Shown piece by piece: positions 39,108 to 47,052 of a stretch of DNA of 47,052 nucleotides (positions are counted from its first letter, which is position 1; each line of letters opens with the position of its first letter). The stretch is from Pseudomonadota bacterium (GTDB lineage Bacteria > UBA10199 > 2-02-FULL-44-16 > DYJF01). The translations under genes and the position numbers were made by a program. The notes under the pieces are model-generated. The model did no database searches, had not been told where the DNA came from, and saw nothing but the letters and a program-made list of their open reading frames with translations. The stretch spans positions 1 through 47,052 of the forward strand of contig JBDRBB010000018.1 in assembly GCA_043823065.1 (NCBI GenBank), read 5' to 3'.

Positions 39108-39662
39108 TTACTTGGTAGCTCCTATCGCAGCCTTACCAACCTTACGCTTGATATATTCATCTGAATATTTAACTCCTTTGCCTTTATATGGCTCAGGAGG
39201 TCTAATCTTCCGAATTCTTGCTGATGTTTCACCTACTAAAGATTTGTCAGCGCCACTCACTACAACATGAGTTTGTTTATCAACTTTAATTTCAATTCCT
39301 TTTGGTATAGCGAACTCAACTGGATGGGAGAAACCAAGACTTAATACTAAGTTGCTTCCTTTTACTTCAGCTCGATATCCCACGCCAACAATATCTAATT
39401 CTTTTTTAAAACCAGTGACAACACCGTTTACCATATTAGCAACCAAAGCCCTTACCAAACCTTGACTCATTCTGGCTTGGCGACTCTCATCTTTTCTGGT
39501 CACTTCAAAACCGTTATCAGTTATCTTAAACTCTAAACAACCCCAATCTGGCGCTTGAGTAGATAATTCTGCTTTAGGACCTTTAACATTTATTTTCAGG
39601 CCATCAACACTAACTGTTACGCCTTTGGGTATTGCTACTGGTCTTTTTCCTATCCGCGACAT
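39108..39662 (-). CDS. rplF: 50S ribosomal protein L6
   Basis: [26 protein letters not shown]. Confidence 0.98.
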   Translation of the reverse strand: MSRIGKRPVAIPKGVTVSVDGLKINVKGPKAELSTQAPDWGCLEFKITDNGFEVTRKDESRQARMSQGLVRALVANMVNGVVTGFKKELDIVGVGYRAEVKGSNLVLSLGFSHPVEFAIPKGIEIKVDKQTHVVVSGADKSLVGETSARIRKIRPPEPYKGKGVKYSDEYIKRKVGKAAIGATK

Positions 39663-39677
39663 TTCTCCTCCGAAACA

Positions 39678-40073
39678 TTACCAAATACTTGCTATAATTT
39701 CACCGCCCAATTTTTTGGCACGCGCATCATCATCTTTCATAATTCCTTTGGAAGTGGAAATAATGGCTACGCCCCTACCACAACGCACAGGCTCAATTGC
39801 TGAACTCTTTATATAAACCCGCCTACTGGGCTTGCTTATTCTGGTAATTTCTGAAAAAATTGGTTTATTATTTGTTCTATACTTAATACCAATAATCAAA
39901 GATTTCTTTTGCTTTTCGCCTGCAACCTGAACATCACCGATAAATCCCTCTTGAGCAAAAATATTTGCGATATTTTCTTTAACCCGAGAGTACGGCACAA
40001 CAACCTGGCCATGCTTAGCATTGGCTGCATTTTTTATTCTAATAAACATATTAGCAATTGGATCTGTCATCAT
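39678..40073 (-). CDS. rpsH: 30S ribosomal protein S8
   Basis: MTDPIA, ISKPSRRVY, ISTSKGIM, GGE. Confidence 0.97.
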   Translation of the reverse strand: MMTDPIANMFIRIKNAANAKHGQVVVPYSRVKENIANIFAQEGFIGDVQVAGEKQKKSLIIGIKYRTNNKPIFSEITRISKPSRRVYIKSSAIEPVRCGRGVAIISTSKGIMKDDDARAKKLGGEIIASIW

Positions 40074-40086
40074 AATCAATACTCCT

Positions 40087-40272
40087 TTACCAACTAGCTT
40101 TTACCACACCTGGCAATTCAGCATTCAAGGCCATTTGTCTAAAACATAGGCGACACATTTCAAACTTACGCATATAGGCACGTGACCTACCACAACGAGG
40201 ACATCGGTTATAACCTCTGACCCCAAATTTGTTCTTGCGAGTTGCTTTAACTCTTAAACTAGTTTTTGCCAT
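40087..40272 (-). CDS. rpsN: 30S ribosomal protein S14 (short Zn-binding type)
   Basis: NRCPRCGR...CRLCFR...LPGVVKASW. Confidence 0.97.
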   Translation of the reverse strand: MAKTSLRVKATRKNKFGVRGYNRCPRCGRSRAYMRKFEMCRLCFRQMALNAELPGVVKASW

Positions 40273-40278
40273 ATTTTC

Positions 40279-40340
40279 TTCGTTCGTCGTTCGTCATTCG
40301 TATTTCGTACAAAAACGATGTACGATATACGATATACGAA
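40279..40340. repeat. TCGT/ACGA heptamer inverted repeat
   Basis: tcgttcg-tcgttcg-tcattcg-tatttcg ... acgatgt-acgatat-acgatat-acgaa; approximately the reverse complement of 34689-34731. Confidence 0.8.
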
Positions 40341-41042
40341 CTACTGTTTCCTAAAGGGCATACCCATTAAATCTAGCAGCCGTTTTCCTTCTTCATCGGT
40401 TTTAGCGGAGGTCACAAAAGTAACATTCATACCATTAACTTTAGTAACTTTATCATAATTAATTTCTGGAAAAATAATTTGCTCTGTTAAACCCAAAGTG
40501 TAATTTCCACGACCATCAAATGCTTTGAAAGAAACACCCTTAAAATCGCGAACACGGGGCAAAGCAACATTTACCAAGCGATTCATAAATTCATACATTC
40601 GACCACCACGTAAAGTTACACTAGCACCGACCACCGCGCCTTTACGTAATTTAAAATTAGCAATTGATTTTTTAGCCTTAGTAAAAATTGGTTTCTGTCC
40701 GCTTATGGCCTCAATTTCTTTTGCCGCAGTTTCCAAAATTTTTCTATCTTGAAGTGCTTCTTTAATACAAGTGTTAACCACAATCTTTACCAAACGAGGA
40801 ATTTCCATTTTGTTTTTATACTTGAATTCCTCCTGCAAAGCTGGAACGCAGTTAGCAAGATAGTGTTTTTCAAAAGGGAAAGGTTTTCTAGGTTCAACCG
40901 GACGTTTCTCTTTTTTAGGTTTTGCCTTGGCTTCTCCAGGTTGCTCTTGAACCTTAGCATCGATTTTTGGAGCTTTATCCTTTTTCTCTTTTACCTTGTC
41001 TGTTTTAGGTGCCTGTTTTGTATTTTTCTTTTCCTCTGCCAT
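40341..41042 (-). CDS. rplE: 50S ribosomal protein L5 with Lys-rich N-terminal extension
   Basis: [30 protein letters not shown]. Confidence 0.97.
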   Translation of the reverse strand: MAEEKKNTKQAPKTDKVKEKKDKAPKIDAKVQEQPGEAKAKPKKEKRPVEPRKPFPFEKHYLANCVPALQEEFKYKNKMEIPRLVKIVVNTCIKEALQDRKILETAAKEIEAISGQKPIFTKAKKSIANFKLRKGAVVGASVTLRGGRMYEFMNRLVNVALPRVRDFKGVSFKAFDGRGNYTLGLTEQIIFPEINYDKVTKVNGMNVTFVTSAKTDEEGKRLLDLMGMPFRKQ

Positions 41043-41044
41043 AG

Positions 41045-41365
41045 CTACTTCCTTGTCTCAATTACATCGCCAGTTTTTTTCGAAATCCGAACTTTTTTAC
41101 CATCGTCTAAAAATTTGTAACCAACCCTAGTTGGTTTTGATAATTTCTCATCGTAAAACATTACATTAGATATATGCAAAGATGCTTCTTTTTCAACAAT
41201 ACCACCTTGCCTTTTAGTTTGAGTGGGTTTTTGATGTTTTTTAATCATATTCAAACCTTGCACATAAACTCTAGATTTTTGGGTATCTATGCTCAGCACT
41301 TTACCGGTTTTACCTCTATCCTTACCGGTTACTACCATTACCATGTCACCTTTTCTGATATTCAT
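41045..41365 (-). CDS. rplX: 50S ribosomal protein L24
   Basis: [24 protein letters not shown]. Confidence 0.97.
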   Translation of the reverse strand: MNIRKGDMVMVVTGKDRGKTGKVLSIDTQKSRVYVQGLNMIKKHQKPTQTKRQGGIVEKEASLHISNVMFYDEKLSKPTRVGYKFLDDGKKVRISKKTGDVIETRK

Positions 41366-41378
41366 TCTTTCCTCGCAA

Positions 41379-41747
41379 TCAAAGCACCTCAGGCGCCAAA
41401 GAGATAATTTTAGTGAACTTTTTAGCTCTTAACTCTCTGGCAACTGGTCCAAAAATACGGGTTCCCAAAGGTTCTCCAGCTTCGTTAATCAAAACCGCTG
41501 AATTACCATCAAATCTAATAATAGAACCATCTGGACGCCGCACTTCTTTTTTAGTTCTGACAATTACCGCTTTTTTAACATCTCCTTTTTTTACTTTTCC
41601 ACCAGGAGAAGCTTCTTTAACGGAAACAACTATAATATCACCAATAGTGGCGTAGCGCCTGCGGGTTCCGCCCAACACTTTAATGCACATCACCAATTTG
41701 GCGCCTGAATTGTCAGCAACACTTAGTTCTGTTTGTTGTTGAATCAT
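41379..41747 (-). CDS. rplN: 50S ribosomal protein L14
   Basis: [28 protein letters not shown]. Confidence 0.98.
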   Translation of the reverse strand: MIQQQTELSVADNSGAKLVMCIKVLGGTRRRYATIGDIIVVSVKEASPGGKVKKGDVKKAVIVRTKKEVRRPDGSIIRFDGNSAVLINEAGEPLGTRIFGPVARELRAKKFTKIISLAPEVL

Positions 41748-42034
41748 ACCAACTCCACTCCCTGCGTAACATCCAAACTTTCTCCGCGTTTAATAATATT
41801 AGTTACGCGCCAGCGTTTTCTTTTAGATAACGGGCGACATTCAATAATTTCCACTTGATCACCTACACGGCAATCATTCTTTTCATCGTGAGCAGTAAAC
41901 TTTCTTCTTTGGCGCACATATTTTTTAAAAACCGGATGTTTAACCATGTTTTCAACTAGCACCACAACGGTTTTATCCATTTTATCTGACAAGATTATAC
42001 CTGTTTTTACCTTTTTATTTTGCTGTTCCTTCAT
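41744..42034 (-). CDS. rpsQ: 30S ribosomal protein S17
   Basis: [25 protein letters not shown]. Confidence 0.97.
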   Translation of the reverse strand: MKEQQNKKVKTGIILSDKMDKTVVVLVENMVKHPVFKKYVRQRRKFTAHDEKNDCRVGDQVEIIECRPLSKRKRWRVTNIIKRGESLDVTQGVELV

Positions 42035-42225
42035 TAAGCGTTCCTTTTCTGCCTTAAAAAAGTTTTTACCCTAGCCAAGTCCTTTTTAGTCTTTTTAATA
42101 TCAGATGTTTGCTTTAATTGACCTGTGCCAAGCTTAAATTTTAGCTGAAAAATATCAGCTTCCAATTTTTCTTCCAAAGAAGAAAGTTCTACTACTGGCT
42201 TATCTCTCAACTCAACGGGCTTCAC
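42034..42225 (-). CDS. rpmC: 50S ribosomal protein L29
   Basis: Operon position; FQLKF...TGQL...KKDLARVKT. Confidence 0.95.
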   Translation of the reverse strand: MKPVELRDKPVVELSSLEEKLEADIFQLKFKLGTGQLKQTSDIKKTKKDLARVKTFLRQKRNA

Positions 42226-42637
42226 GATGCACCCCCCGCTCTACAATTACTGTTTTAACTGGCATCTTATGTGATGCCAATCTTAATGATTTAAGAGCTG
42301 TTTCTCTTTCTACACCTTGAATTTCATAAAGCATTCTACCTTTTTTTATGCAAGCCACCCAAATTTCTGGTGGCCCTTTACCGCGACCCATTCTGGTTTC
42401 AGTGGGCTTTTTGGACAAAGGTTTATCTGGAAAAATTCTGATCCAGAGCTTACCACCTCTTTTAGTAGCATGTGTCATAGCTAGACGACCTGCTTCAATT
42501 TGCCGGGAAGTTACCCAACCATGGTCTAAAGACTGCAGGCCAAAATCTCCAAAAGATAAATTGCAACCACGTCTAGCAGTACCACGCACTCTACCTTTTT
42601 GTTGTTTTCGATATTTTGTTTTTGCTGGTTGTAACAT
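42212..42637 (-). CDS. rplP: 50S ribosomal protein L16
   Basis: [31 protein letters not shown]. Confidence 0.98.
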   Translation of the reverse strand: MLQPAKTKYRKQQKGRVRGTARRGCNLSFGDFGLQSLDHGWVTSRQIEAGRLAMTHATKRGGKLWIRIFPDKPLSKKPTETRMGRGKGPPEIWVACIKKGRMLYEIQGVERETALKSLRLASHKMPVKTVIVERGVHREAR

Positions 42638-42645
42638 AGCTGCAC

Positions 42646-43272
42646 CTAAATAATTTCGCCTTTATAAATCCAAGTTTTAACACCAATTTTACCATAGGTT
42701 GTCATTGATTCAGCAAATCCATAATCAATATCAGCCCGCAATGTATGCAAAGGCACGCGACCTTCGCGATACCATTCACAACGTGCCAATTCTGCTCCAC
42801 CTAGTCTTCCAGAACATTGAATTTTAATTCCTTCAGCTCCCAATTTTAAAGCAGATTGCACAGCTTTTTTCATGGCGCGACGAAAAGCAATTCTTCTTTC
42901 CAATTGCAAAGCCACATTCTCCGCTACCAGCTGCGCATCTAATTCTGCTTTTCTAATTTCTTTAATATTTAGTTCCACGCCTTCTTTGCGATTTTGCTGT
43001 AATTCACCTTTTAAAGATTCAATGCCAGCGCCTTTTTTTCCAATAGCCAAACCTGGTCTGGCCACAAAAACATTGACAATTAATTTACCAGCAGGGCGTT
43101 CAATCTCTACGCGAGAAACACCAGCACTATATAGCTTCTTTTTCAGTTGCTTGCGAATCGCTTCGTCTTCTCGAACTTGTTTGGCATAGCGACCTTTTGG
43201 CGCATACCAATTTGAAACCCAAGTTTTGGTTGTTCCCAGTCTATAGCCTATTGGATGTGTTTTTTGTCCCAC
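42646..43272 (-). CDS. rpsC: 30S ribosomal protein S3
   Basis: [33 protein letters not shown]. Confidence 0.98.
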   Translation of the reverse strand: MGQKTHPIGYRLGTTKTWVSNWYAPKGRYAKQVREDEAIRKQLKKKLYSAGVSRVEIERPAGKLIVNVFVARPGLAIGKKGAGIESLKGELQQNRKEGVELNIKEIRKAELDAQLVAENVALQLERRIAFRRAMKKAVQSALKLGAEGIKIQCSGRLGGAELARCEWYREGRVPLHTLRADIDYGFAESMTTYGKIGVKTWIYKGEII

Positions 43273-43274
43273 GC

Positions 43275-43607
43275 TTACTTCTCCTCTAATTCTATTGATA
43301 CGTGACTTGAACGCTTTAGTATCTTAGTGGCCATACCACGAGCCCTTGGTAGCCAACGGCGCATGGTTGGTCCTTCATCAATCAAAATTGTTTTTACATA
43401 AAGATTATCTACATCAATGCCGCCTTTTTGCTCGGCATTAGCTAACGCTGATTTTACAACTTTTAATATTGGTGTCGCTGCACTTCGTTTGCAAAAATTA
43501 AGATAATCTATTGCGCCTTGCACACCTTTACCCCGAATTTGATTAGCTACCACTCTCATTTTACGAGGTGTTATTCTAATATATTTAGCTTTTGCTACAA
43601 CTGCCAT
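43275..43607 (-). CDS. rplV: 50S ribosomal protein L22
   Basis: [20 protein letters not shown]. Confidence 0.98.
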   Translation of the reverse strand: MAVVAKAKYIRITPRKMRVVANQIRGKGVQGAIDYLNFCKRSAATPILKVVKSALANAEQKGGIDVDNLYVKTILIDEGPTMRRWLPRARGMATKILKRSSHVSIELEEK

Positions 43608-43617
43608 TACCTTCCTC

Positions 43618-43899
43618 CTACTCGGTTACTTTGACCTTTTTTTCACCAGAGTGACTACGAAAAGTTCTGGTGGGGGCAAACTCACCCAATTTATGACCAA
43701 CCATATTTTCTGTAACAAAAATTGGAATAAATTTTTTGCCGTTATGTACTGCTATGGTTAAACCAACCATATCTGGCAAAATCATTGAGCGCCTTGACCA
43801 GGTTTTAATTACCTGCTTATTGGAACTTGCCTGCGCTGCACTCACCTTCTTTAAAAGATGATCATCAATAAAAGGTCCTTTTTTAATCGAACGAGCCAT
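43618..43899 (-). CDS. rpsS: 30S ribosomal protein S19
   Basis: [26 protein letters not shown]. Confidence 0.98.
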   Translation of the reverse strand: MARSIKKGPFIDDHLLKKVSAAQASSNKQVIKTWSRRSMILPDMVGLTIAVHNGKKFIPIFVTENMVGHKLGEFAPTRTFRSHSGEKKVKVTE

Positions 43900-43911
43900 A
43901 TTAACTCCAAT

Positions 43912-44736
43912 TTATTTTTTTCTGCGTGATACAATAAACTTCTGAGTTCTGCTGTTATTACGCGTCTTGCGTCCTTTAGTACACCATCCCCAAGGAGAAA
44001 CCGGATGACGACCGCCTTTGGTCCTACCCTCTCCGCCTCCGTGTGGATGATCAACTGGATTCATTGCTGTTCCACGCACATATGGACGCCAACCCATTAA
44101 ACGGTTTCTACCAGCCTTACCAATTTGCACATTGGCATGATCAACATTGCCAACTTGGCCAATAGTTGCCATACAGTTTACATGAAAAATTCTTACTTCA
44201 CCTGAAGGCATCTTAACTTGAGCTTGTGTGCCTTCGCGAGCCATTAATTGGGCTAAGGTACCAGCTCCTCTGGCCATTTTTCCACCACTACCAGGAGTCA
44301 TTTCAATATTATGAATGGTGGTGCCTAATGGAATATCTTTTAACTTAAGAGCATTTCCTGGCTGAATCTCAGCATTGTTTCCTGCTAAAACTGTTTGTCC
44401 AACTGTCAAACCCACTGGAGCTAAAATATATTTTTTTTCACCATCAGCATAATTTAAAAGAGCAATATTAGCAGAACGATTAGGATCATATTCAATTGAA
44501 GCAACTGTGGCTGGAACATCCAGTTTGTTGCGTTTAAAATCAATAATACGATATTTTCTTTTACTGCCACCACCACGATGCCTGGCAGTAATTCTGCCAT
44601 AGCAGTTTCTACCTGAATGTTTGGTAAGATGAACGGTTAAAGATTTTTCCGGTTTATCACTTGTAATTTCAGAAAAATCTAAACGCGCCATTCCTCTGCG
44701 ACCTGGCGTATCTGGTTTGTAATTCTTAATACCCAT
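43912..44736 (-). CDS. rplB: 50S ribosomal protein L2
   Basis: [27 protein letters not shown]. Confidence 0.99.
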   Translation of the reverse strand: MGIKNYKPDTPGRRGMARLDFSEITSDKPEKSLTVHLTKHSGRNCYGRITARHRGGGSKRKYRIIDFKRNKLDVPATVASIEYDPNRSANIALLNYADGEKKYILAPVGLTVGQTVLAGNNAEIQPGNALKLKDIPLGTTIHNIEMTPGSGGKMARGAGTLAQLMAREGTQAQVKMPSGEVRIFHVNCMATIGQVGNVDHANVQIGKAGRNRLMGWRPYVRGTAMNPVDHPHGGGEGRTKGGRHPVSPWGWCTKGRKTRNNSRTQKFIVSRRKK

Positions 44737-45024
44737 TTATTTACCCTCTAAAAATTCGATTCGATCTCCCTCTTTTAGCGTAACCATAGCTTTTTTCCAA
44801 TTAGAGGTAAGACCGATGCTTTTACCTACGCGCTTTCTTTTACCCAGCACGTTCATGGTTTTCACTTCTGCAACCTTTACGTTAAAAATTTCTTCGACAG
44901 CTCGGCGAATATCATATTTATTAGCTTTAGAATCAACTCTAAAGAAATATTGATTAGCGTCCGCTTGAGCTCGAGAGCTTTTTTCAGTAATTAACGGTTT
45001 TTGAATTACTTGATGTTTCTTCAC
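44737..45024 (-). CDS. rplW: 50S ribosomal protein L23
   Basis: [15 protein letters not shown]. Confidence 0.97.
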   Translation of the reverse strand: MKKHQVIQKPLITEKSSRAQADANQYFFRVDSKANKYDIRRAVEEIFNVKVAEVKTMNVLGKRKRVGKSIGLTSNWKKAMVTLKEGDRIEFLEGK

Positions 45025-45650
45025 GACTTTAACATCTCCTGAACTTTGTTTAAGGCATCGGTTGTCATAACCAAATGCTCATGTTTCATAATGTCTAGAA
45101 CATTCAAACTATCCCAATTAGTCAGCTGCACACGTGGAATATTGTTCATTGATTTTTTCAAATTCAAACTAGATTTTTCAACCACAAATAAACCATTGGT
45201 AACACCCAAATTTTTTAACATTTTAGCCAGAGGTGCGGTTTTTGGTTCAGTCACACTTAATTCCTTAATCAACACCAAATTTCCCTCTTGTTGCTTCATG
45301 GCTAAAGCTGCCTTTAAAGACTGCCGGCGCACCTTTTTGGGGATAGTATAAGTATAATCCTTGGGATGGGGACCAAACGCTTTGCCGCCTCCCACAAAAA
45401 TATTAGCAGTAGCAGAGCTGTGGCGAGCTCTACCAGTACCTTTTTGACGATAGATCTTCTTGGTACTACCTGACACCAAAGCCCTATTTTTACAAGATGC
45501 GTTACCCTGTCGTTTGTTAGTTAACTGATTTTTTACTGTTTCGTAAATTAGCGCCTTATTTGGTTTTTCGCCAAAAATATCTTCAGCTAAATCAGCTTCG
45601 CCAACTTTCTTTTTTGTTAAATCAAAAATTGTCTCTTTCATTTCATTCAC
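45021..45650 (-). CDS. rplD: 50S ribosomal protein L4
   Basis: [17 protein letters not shown]; start at GTG 45650 or ATG 45641. Confidence 0.97.
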   Translation of the reverse strand: MNEMKETIFDLTKKKVGEADLAEDIFGEKPNKALIYETVKNQLTNKRQGNASCKNRALVSGSTKKIYRQKGTGRARHSSATANIFVGGGKAFGPHPKDYTYTIPKKVRRQSLKAALAMKQQEGNLVLIKELSVTEPKTAPLAKMLKNLGVTNGLFVVEKSSLNLKKSMNNIPRVQLTNWDSLNVLDIMKHEHLVMTTDALNKVQEMLKS

Positions 45651-45670
45651 TCCATCGCAATGACAATCGC

Positions 45671-46405
45671 TTACTCTTTTTTATCACTTTCCTCTTTAGC
45701 GGATTCTGTTTTTGTTTCTTCAGCTTTTGCCACCGGTGTTTCTGTTGCTGCCTGTTCTATTAAATCTTTTCTATCTTCAAAATCTGCAGCTTTATTAACT
45801 AACAACACCAAACCTTGTCTAGGTCCAGGAATTCCACCCTTAATTAACAAAATATTTTCTTCAGGTCTAACTTCAACTACCGTAATATTTTGTATTGTTA
45901 CTCGATCAACTCCGTAATGACCTGGTAAACGCGTATTCTTAAATAATCTACCTGGCCAAGTACGCATACCTGTTGAGCCAGGACGACGATGAAAATCTGA
46001 ACCATGAGACGCAGGACCACCGTGCTTACCATGACGTTTGATCACACCTTGAAAACCCCTACCTTTGGTAGTGCCAATTACATCAATTGCGTCACCAGGC
46101 TTAAAACCTTTTACAGTTAACACTTGTCCTACTTCAAACTTCTCAACATTATTTGTTCTAAATTCTCTGAGATGACGATAGGTTTTGACACCCTTTTTTT
46201 CACAATGCATTCTTTTGGCTTTGGAAAGTTTGGTAGGCTTAACATCTTCAAAACCTAACTGAAGAGCATTATAACCATCGGTGTTTTTGTTTTTGCGTTG
46301 AACAACTGAACAAGGACCAACTTGCAAAACAGTCACTGGAATTTGATTTCCATCCTTATTATACACCTGTGTCATGCCTAATTTTTTACCGATTAATCCT
46401 AACAT
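45671..46405 (-). CDS. rplC: 50S ribosomal protein L3
   Basis: GKKLGMTQ, KGRGFQGVIKRH, SHGS; acidic C-terminal tail. Confidence 0.98.
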   Translation of the reverse strand: MLGLIGKKLGMTQVYNKDGNQIPVTVLQVGPCSVVQRKNKNTDGYNALQLGFEDVKPTKLSKAKRMHCEKKGVKTYRHLREFRTNNVEKFEVGQVLTVKGFKPGDAIDVIGTTKGRGFQGVIKRHGKHGGPASHGSDFHRRPGSTGMRTWPGRLFKNTRLPGHYGVDRVTIQNITVVEVRPEENILLIKGGIPGPRQGLVLLVNKAADFEDRKDLIEQAATETPVAKAEETKTESAKEESDKKE

Positions 46406-46413
46406 AAATTCCT

Positions 46414-46740
46414 CTAAATCATCTTAATCTCAACATCTACTCCAGATGATAATTCTAGCTTCATTAAAGCATCTATTGTTTGTTGCGTTGGCTCTAAAAT
46501 ATCCAACATTCTTTTATGCGTTCTGATTTCAAATTGCTCTTGAGATCGCTTATCAACATGAGGTGAACGCAGAACAGTATATCTCTCAATTTTTGTTGGC
46601 AATGGTATCGGGCCAGCTAACCTGCCACCAGTGCGATGCACAGTGCCAACGATCTCTGTCGCTGATTGATCTAATAATTTGTGATCAAAAGCTTTGAGTT
46701 TAATTCTTACTTTTTGTCCCTTGTCATACTGTTCAGCCAT
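46414..46740 (-). CDS. rpsJ: 30S ribosomal protein S10
   Basis: [26 protein letters not shown]. Confidence 0.98.
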   Translation of the reverse strand: MAEQYDKGQKVRIKLKAFDHKLLDQSATEIVGTVHRTGGRLAGPIPLPTKIERYTVLRSPHVDKRSQEQFEIRTHKRMLDILEPTQQTIDALMKLELSSGVDVEIKMI

Positions 46741-46760
46741 TTAGTACCTCTAACCTATTC

Positions 46761-47052
46761 TTATTCAACAACCTCAGTTACCACGCCAGCACCTACGGTG
46801 CGGCCACCTTCACGAATTGCAAATCTCAATTCTTTTTCCATGGCAATTGGGGCTATTAGTTCTATTACCATTTGTACGTTATCGCCAGGCATTACCATTT
46901 CTACATTCTCGGGTAATTGGCAAATACCGGTTACGTCTGTTGTTCTAAAATAAAACTGCGGTCTATATCCTTTAAAAAATGGAGTATGTCTTCCACCTTC
47001 TTCTTTTGTCAAAACATACACTTCTGACTTAAAATTCTTATGTGGCTTTATA
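46761..47052 (-). CDS. tuf: Elongation factor Tu, C-terminal part (5' end outside the window)
   Basis: [37 protein letters not shown]. Confidence 0.98.
   Translation of the reverse strand, partial: IKPHKNFKSEVYVLTKEEGGRHTPFFKGYRPQFYFRTTDVTGICQLPENVEMVMPGDNVQMVIELIAPIAMEKELRFAIREGGRTVGAGVVTEVVE

Noticed and set aside
31664..46953. Many plus-strand ORFs opposite ribosomal genes, and similar ones opposite secA, sctV and gyrA
   Set aside because: Antisense shadows of conserved genes with no independent motifs.

Overview
AT-rich bacterial chromosome segment, probably from a deltaproteobacterial/Myxococcota-related lineage (inferred from gene content). The right third (31645-47052, minus strand) is the tuf-S10-spc-alpha ribosomal superoperon, which lacks rpmD/L30. 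The middle holds housekeeping genes: hutU-hutI, rpsT, comF, suhB, a TatD-radical SAM fusion, HU, gyrA, ndk, archease-rtcB-tRNA-Gly, yacG-guaD, a DegT aminotransferase, queD, an Nfu-type protein and secA. The left end has two tRNAs and a Wzi-like gene. Most unusual: (1) an isolated non-flagellar T3SS export gate (SctV) just downstream of secA, next to FHA/TPR/PEGA membrane proteins with no other sct gene in the window; (2) a 740-aa ORF that reads as a head-to-tail polyprotein of two thrombospondin-3-repeat surface proteins, each with a signal peptide and a YAGCSLI-TM sorting tail; (3) two copies of a ~220-240 nt rod-shaped hairpin with compensatory changes, plus two other large structured intergenic elements; (4) several families of short palindromes and heptamer inverted repeats, some inside the ribosomal operon. 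No transposase, integrase, rRNA or CRISPR array is seen. All calls come from reading motifs by eye; no database search was run.
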